Positions 53,376 through 60,747 of a stretch of 60,747 bases of DNA are shown piece by piece. The stretch's first letter is position 1, and the number at the start of each line of letters is the position of its first letter. The notes beneath the pieces are model-generated. The model did no database searches. It saw only the letters and a list, made by a program, of their open reading frames with translations, and had not been told where the DNA came from. The translations under genes and the position numbers were made by a program. The stretch is from Rotaria socialis (taxonomy: Eukaryota), in the NCBI GenBank assembly GCA_905331295.1, contig CAJNYD010000223.1:248001-308747 (forward strand). The letters are read 5' to 3'.

Positions 53376-54378
53376 ATAGAGCGAAATTTAGACTTATCAG
53401 CACCATTATCAAATTTCTATCTACTTATAGATATATAATTCAGTTAGTTGCTTAGGTAACGGGCCCACAACAGGCGTCCGCATTGGAAAGTTGATGTAGA
53501 GTATTTTGAGAACGACTGATTGCCATGAGTTGTCCTCCAATTCTAAAGCGTTTTCTGAGATGCTCTTCTTATATTTTAGAGAAAAGTTTCTGTACAAGCC
53601 TCGCAAGTGAAAGTTCCAAAAAACCAAGATTTTTCAGCTTTAAGAAATGAAAAAAAGTGAGATTTTGATGGAACTGAGTTTCAGAGCACATTTTTTGATT
53701 TCAGAATCGGATTCAGCATTGAAAGGGTAGTATTTAAAAGAAAAATTGAGTGGTGAAAACAAAATTTTAATTTGAAAAACTTATTCCAAATTTTCAATTT
53801 TTACCTTTCTTTCTATTTTTATAATTCCGCAGAGATAAATGACAGATAGAGCCTTCAAATGTTCTTCGATAGAAAATTATAAACTGACCAAACCCGCGGA
53901 TTTCATGATTTTATGAAGGTTGCAATAATCAATTTTAGGAGGATATTCACGAAAAACTACCTCAATTTTGAAAGTTTTCACTGCGTGTTCATCGTACGTT
54001 TGACATTCGAATTTTACATTTTAATGCCTTTTTAGCAGAAACGTGTATTTCAGTATAAATTCAACAATTGTCAACATAAATCAGATTTTAATACTCAATA
54101 AAAGCAGCAGGTCGTTAAGAAATAGTTCTTTCAAAATAGTTAACTTGTCTGAATATGAAATGAAGACCTGTCAAATGTTTCAATACAATCTATTCATAAC
54201 TATACAATAAGTACACAAAAACAGAATGAAAATATAGGTCGAAACTTATATTCTATTGATGCAAAAAATTGAAAACGATGCAAATAGAGATCAGAGAAAC
54301 ATTTTAACTTTACAGTATTCGCTCAATAATGATTGGTTTTGATGTAGAAAGCAAAAATACTATCGATGGATTGTACAT

Positions 54379-55810
54379 TTGTCGATTAGTAATCTGATTT
54401 TACGAAAATCATGTAAACTGTCATGCGAACATCGTCGATGTAATATATGTTGGTCTCATTTGAAATTTAGATGTTTTTCATCACGGGATATATTCGAATT
54501 CACAGAATGTCTTGAACAAAACCAGTGGCATTATGTTATTTTATACTCAAAAGCTAATTTGTTTTCTTTGAGGATACTGCTTGGTCGTGAGTATGTATTT
54601 AAGAATTACGAAGTAGAACAAAAAGAACATACTTAATAATATCTAATTTAATTACAATGTGAATACATTTGACGAATTATTATTTTACGAACATCTTAAA
54701 ATTAAATGTAATTACTAATCCAATATGTGATTTTTGTGGAGAAAAATTCAATTCAATTCAATTCAATTCAATTCAATGATAGGACATGATCAGTACAAAC
54801 AAAAATGCCTGCACTTTGTTTACTGAAAGAATTCGTTGAATAAAAAAACAGAGAAGTTGTATAAGTCGAAGGTATCTTATGCGACTACCAGAAAGACAAC
54901 GACTGTTATGGAAAAATATGATATTTTAATAGGATGAAATAGTTGCTGGTTAAAATGTAAACAATACATTTTTTTCGATTATCATTTTTATAACAATTAT
55001 TACATCAACTTGAATAAGCGAACCTGTTGAAGTTTGTCGAACTCAATTCCCAAAATACTATGCGAATGCTATTTATCAACAAATAATTGTAACGATACAT
55101 AAATTAGAGTTAGCAAGTGTAAGAAATTTATCAAACGATAAATATTCTTGTTGGTGAAATTCAAACATTAAGTAGATAGCATTCTTCATTACTTCATTTA
55201 AATCGAAGTATTGGTAAGTAATCATTTAATTGTTTTAAATATCAGTGATATTGAACTGAAAATTACAAGAGAACAATTTTTTCCTCATTGGCAAGGTTCT
55301 TTCTCGTTGTGATGTTCAAAGTAACAACTTGCTAATTCGCTCAGCATCACCATTTTGTGCCATATTTATTTTAGAATTTCTAACATTGGAAATAGGTGGA
55401 AATGGAAAATTCAAAATTACATCAAAACTACTTAATGGTGTTTAATCGTAGAAGAGACACAAGATCTTCATAATGTCACTCGATACTTTTTCTATGATGT
55501 ATGAATTAAACTATATTCGTTTAACACATCATTTTGAGTCACAAACCGTAACTCTAATTTATCATAGAAAGATCACAGACACCAGCGTGTACTATGAGAA
55601 GAATTGGAATGAACAGTACAGACAAGCATCAGTTTATTTACCTCCATCGTATTCCTCACCAGTTGGCTTCAAGATTTACGTTCGCCTTTGCTTCAATGAG
55701 CACATAAATATTCGACGTTCACATATATCATTACTATTTTTTTTTGTTTCAATCCGTAAACCAAATGATGCAATCTTACGTTAGCCCTTCCACTACCAAG
55801 TCACAATCCT
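54379..55810 (+). pseudogene. TRAF-family (RING/Zn-finger/MATH) pseudogene
   Basis: RING remnant CKLSCEHRRCNIC; MATH-like SVYLPPSYSSPVGFKIYVRLCFNEHINIRRSHISLLF..RKPNDAILR*PFHYQVT (TAG where TRAFs have W of WPF); many stops between; (AATTC)6 at 54745-54774. Confidence 0.75.
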
Positions 55811-58078
55811 GGATTATCAATGCTCATCCAACAATTATTGCATAATCAAGAAGCAGAATAAAAAGCACAGCAAATTCAACCAATTATCATTATACGTTTT
55901 AATCAACAATTTTCTGTTATCTGATGCCTGTGATATGCGCTTGCAAATACTTTCATACTTGATTGTTTCATGAAATTACCAATAATAAGGACTAGTTTTT
56001 GTCCTGAGAACTCGAATAAGAACTGAATAAAATCAATATACCATCAAACAGAAAACGACCTACTTAGAATTAGAGAATCACATTTTAACAAACATGTTTA
56101 TTAAAATTCAGTTGAATTCTAGATTCTCTACTTGCATAATAAGAAAAACAGACAATGGGTAAAATATCAAAATCTATGAATTAGTATGACGATTAGTATA
56201 GTTCTAGGGTATTAATGAATATGCCTGAAAGTATTTCATATTTCAAAAAGCTAGATGCATCGTTTTCATGATTGTATTTCAACACTCCATTAATTTCAAA
56301 CTATGAGCAGAGATATACGTATTTTATTTTTCAATTTAGATCACTTCAAACAAGTCTCATTCCTTTGTTTTTTTTCTAAAATATACAATTACTTAAGTGA
56401 CCAGAAACTTCGCGTAGCCAATGGTCTTAATCGAAGTATTTCACGTTGTTTAGCTTCATGAAATTTTGTATTTATATAATCTGAGCAATGTAAGCTGCAT
56501 TTGAATCAAATTCTGCTGAATCTTTTTATTAAAATTTTCGTTATAGAAAAGAAAACTAAATATATTAATTTGAAAATGAAAGCGTTGATCATTTCATAAA
56601 CAGTAAACAAGACGAAGGTTTTTATCTGATTGTATTATTCATTTTCACGAAAAATTGACAACCGAGAAAAGCCTATAACATATTCAACATCCGTTGGCCT
56701 TGAAATTAGATAGTGTTACCACTAGTATTTTGTCTCATTTTAACAGCAGCGATGTTTTCAACGCTGATTTATTTTCTCATGCTCGTTCTATTCAGGCAAT
56801 TCACGTTTTACATGACATAGTAATATAAACAAAGGATATCGATTCTATAATAAATTCGTTTCAAATTTACGAGAATGATACATTCAGAATCATATGAAAT
56901 AAGATCGATTGTATTTTAAGTGTAAATTGTTTACATTCATAAAAGTCAGCATGAATAAGAAAACATATTCGACTTTTTATTTGAATGATTGAATATTAAA
57001 TATTTATTTATTTTTAAGCAAAGGAATTTTCAAGATTTAGTAAAATTTATGAATTTAATCGTCAACGTTGTAATCATGGCTAAATCAACGCCTAGTCTCA
57101 CTATATGGAATCGGCTAACTGAAAAATATGATCCATATTTTACTTTGCTCAAACCAAATTCGACAGGAGAAATCGGACAAATTTTGTAGCATATAGAGAT
57201 CTTAATATTACTAAAACCGTTTCAACGCGTATCAGGCGAAATTCCGTTCTTGAGGTCATGGCGTCACAAAAATGCTGACTTTGAATGCTTCGCTTCGACA
57301 AGAAATAACAACTTTTATCCAATCTTCTGAACAAAGATAGATTACAAAAAACCTACCACGAAAGACTTACAAAACTACTTCATGTTTATTTAGATGAAAG
57401 TTTCTTACTTCGCATTCTCAAAATTGAAATTTTGGCATTTGTGATCCTAAATATTCAGACTGTTAATCTTGTTTCACTTTATTAGAATCACATGTTGTAA
57501 TGAACTTTTAAAAAATTATTTCTCTTCATCTTTAGTCGCTAATCGACGCCGCACATTTTATGTAACCCTTTGTTGTTTTCTTTTTCTTTTCTATCAACAA
57601 TAATGAATTGTAAAGCTGTCCCTTTAGTATAAAATACTTTTCATTGACTCATAAATATGCGTTCATTTAGTTGCTTTCATAGTCAAAATTGTTTACCATC
57701 AAATGAAGATATTCAGTATATAATTTCCGTTATTTTCTAGTGAAAAATATATGTCACTGCCATTGAATAACAAATAATTTTTGTCATATTTCTAATTCAT
57801 TGTCATTTATGAAAAAAACTAACTTAAGTAGACGCATTGTAGCGTTTTAAACGAGATGCAACAACACGGATGTTAAAATCGGTAGTCTACTTTTATTCAA
57901 CAAACCAAGATTATCTCTTGATGGCAAAAGACCAAACAAAGCATATTATCTAGAATGAAATTTCTCGCTCTTATTGAAACAGGTTGTACAACATAAGCTA
58001 TCTCGTTACAGATTTGCAAAATCAATATCTAAGGAGAAGAGATATTTTCAAGCTTAGAATATATACATCTCTATGGAG

Positions 58079-58938
58079 TAGCGGCGTAACCAGAAGTTGT
58101 AGGTTGCTGGGGCTCAGCCCTCAGACTGCCTCACCACTAGAGCCTGTTAAATCTTAAAATAATTTTTCATTGGATCGGAATCGGATTTCGGGTTTAAAAG
58201 TCTTGGGTTTGATGGTCTCTAGTAATGAAGATGGTCCTGAAAATATGTTCGTACGTTCATCACCCAGGATGAAACTGGAGAAGAAGCGTCTCATATCCTA
58301 GAATTAACTCTTTAATTATGATTAGAATATTTTACTAACAGTACAAAATTACGGTTCGACAGGATCCGAATCAAAAAGTCTTGGACTCAACACTCTACTC
58401 GTCATTTTCATGCATTGATCAATTTGTGTGTGGAGATTCACATCAATGTACTCTCAAAAATAGCATCAAAATCAATTTAAAAAGCTATGCTTACACACTG
58501 AGAATCTTGATGAGTTATCAGTTGATTCAGACCTATGATCAGAATATTATTAAGAGAAAAAAAGAATTTTTTATTTCAACAGAATCCGACTATTCTATTA
58601 GTATCTGATAATTTATCAATAAGTTGCTGAACATTTATGTCAAAAGCACACTCGACACGTAATAAATACAAAATACTTGGGCGATCATCAGTCATGTATT
58701 TCTCATTGTTGTTTTGATAGAAAGATGGAACTATATTATTTTCAATCTATCATTTGGCATCGATTCTCAATAGCTAAAGATCCATGAAAAAGTGTCCTAA
58801 TTGAATTTCGTCGATTTTTATTGAAAATCTAAGTTACTTCAAAGTAAGTGTGGTAGAGTCTTAAAATCCATGTGATGGGGCTTGAAGTCCCGGTGGTGGG
58901 GCTAAGCCTCACCTGGCCCACTCCTGGTTACGCTACTA
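58079..58938. mobile_element. hAT-like non-autonomous element (~860 bp); a related end at 60234
   Basis: Ends TAGCGGCGTAACCAGA / CTGGTTACGCTACTA, subterminal ggggctcagccc and ggggctaagcc; solo tagtggcgtaaccagaa at 60234; no TSD. Confidence 0.7.
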
Positions 58939-59019
58939 ATGTTCATGTTTAAACACTGTTTTGAAAAACATTAATGTGATTAACGATCTAATCGATCGTA
59001 AGATATTGTTCTTATCAAA

Positions 59020-59099
59020 CTTGAGGGTGTGGGTGTGTCGGTACGTGAACATGCACGATACCTACAATCGCAGCCACACCCACACCCACATTCTCAAGA
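59020..59099. repeat. Tiny foldback repeat (CTTGAGGGTGTGGGTGTG...CACACCCACATTCTCAAG)
   Basis: Related copies at ~22925-22980 and ~30128-30183. Confidence 0.7.
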
Positions 59100-60747
59100 T
59101 CTAGCCTGCTATTTATTGGTGACGTTTTTCTATTAATTATATTTCTTGTTTAGTAGATTTTATTAGATAAGAATTTGTTGGCATTAAAATAAAACTAAAC
59201 TATTTCAGATAGGTTCAAAAGATATAGAAATTTCAAAATATAGATTACCAATGTTATAACCTAACAACTTGGCATTATAATGAAAAAACATATTTTTAAA
59301 TGCGAAATTCTTCAAAAGCCTTGCCTAGTGTTCAAAGAAAAAAATTTTCTTTTTTAAACCCATACTTTTCTCCAAGATCAAGAGAGAAATGTAGGTTATG
59401 AACACCATCAAATAAAATTAACTAAAGAATAAATTAGTTTCATCGATCATCGAAGATTGTTGATAGTTTTGATGACTTTTTTGTTTTTGAGGAATGATTT
59501 ATTCGCATTGATTCAATTTTCTTCTAAAACAACAATAGTTGTCTCAAGTCATGATAGAAATTCTAAGAGAGAAGTGACTAGTTGAGACTAATGACGAAAA
59601 AGATAACGAGGTGTAATAACTTTTCTCTTTAGTTGTAGCACAATGGTGATAGAAGTGAACGCAATGCTTTAAATATCCCAAACATGTGAAGATACTGAGT
59701 CAAGCAATCATAGCTTGACGGTATTTGATTATTCATCATCCTTAGTATGCTCAGTCATAGAAGATAACGATGATTTATTGCTGATTGGTTTGACAGTCAG
59801 GTGAATGACTCGATTGAATTTTTAAATGTCATCGATTACCGGCGAATAGTGACTGCGTGGTTGATATTTTTTATCATGAAGAAAATCCAAGGGGAAAAAG
59901 CTAACATTTTAAAATTTAAATCAAAAACGAAAATCAGAAAAATCTAATTTAAGCTGTTTCCCTCTTGATTCTCTCACTCTTTTTCATTTTCGTAATTTTT
60001 TTTTAAATTTGACATTCTTATCATTATAAGCATTCAATTAGATGACCATGAAATTGTTATGTATATATGTAAATGTATACATTACTTATTCTCGATTGCT
60101 AAGGTCTGTAATGGGAGCCTATCTGTAATAGAGGGGAGAAGTATATCTGTAATGGAGGCCTCCATTCATAAGTGTCAGTAACAGAGATCGCGAAACTTGA
60201 AGTTAAAACTTACACTCACTATTGCCTTCTAAATAGTGGCGTAACCAGAAAATTGTGGGTGCCCTGGCGGTGCCTTACAAGCTTTAAAAGAAATTATTTA
60301 CAGTAGTTAATTTTTCCCAAAGCTCAACTGAATCTCCCAACTTTCGTTCATCTACAGAGAGAGACAAAAACAATGTATCTGCTATTTTAATAAATTAAAT
60401 TAAACAACAAAAAGAAAAGTCAGGAAAAAAGTAAATCAACATAAGCTACTTCAACATTACGCTGCTGTTCTTATGACAATCAGACATTCTGGTTTTTAAT
60501 GCGCTACGTATACAGTAATCAATTACTTATTTTTTATGTGATAAAAATATATAAAAATGGTTTGCAAAAAAACTTCGAACAAATCTTTAGTCTGCGTTAG
60601 GGGCTAGTTCAACTGTTTCCAAAAATATAGAGTAGTGAGGGGCTATTGTGAACATTGTTTTAACAATCGAAACATAAAGCTTTATAAAAGTTTTAATTTT
60701 TGTTATTTTTTCGACAAAAAAAGACTGACGTGTAGCGTGAACTGTTC

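Noticed and set aside
59560..59900. Slightly GC-richer stretch resembling a decayed exon
   Set aside because: No sustained open frame or recognisable motif.

Overview
AT-rich eukaryotic (animal) genomic DNA with many short (~55-70 nt) GT-AG introns. Inferred to be a bdelloid rotifer (Rotaria/Adineta-like) from the intron sizes, the F-box/LRR-type and 'DDDS-G' PPC-like domain families, and intron-containing genes of apparently non-metazoan type. Left half (1-31 kb) is accessory: a divergent CBP/p300 HAT paralog with Cys at the catalytic Tyr, several pseudogenes, a long ankyrin gene bracketed by duplicated F-box pseudogene segments, FoxB, a secreted protein of a bacterial-type family, a PPC-like-domain membrane gene with nonsense codons in its signal-peptide exon, and many MITEs. 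31.8-50.7 kb is a dense conserved block: MRPL23, DENND1, a RUSC-like RUN gene, UBA-PTH2, an EH1 + 6xC2H2 zinc-finger gene, DMBX, then a PhyH-family dioxygenase (HGT candidate). 51-60.7 kb is mostly TE debris plus a TRAF pseudogene. Exon structures were assembled by hand; homology calls are from recalled sequence motifs, not database searches.
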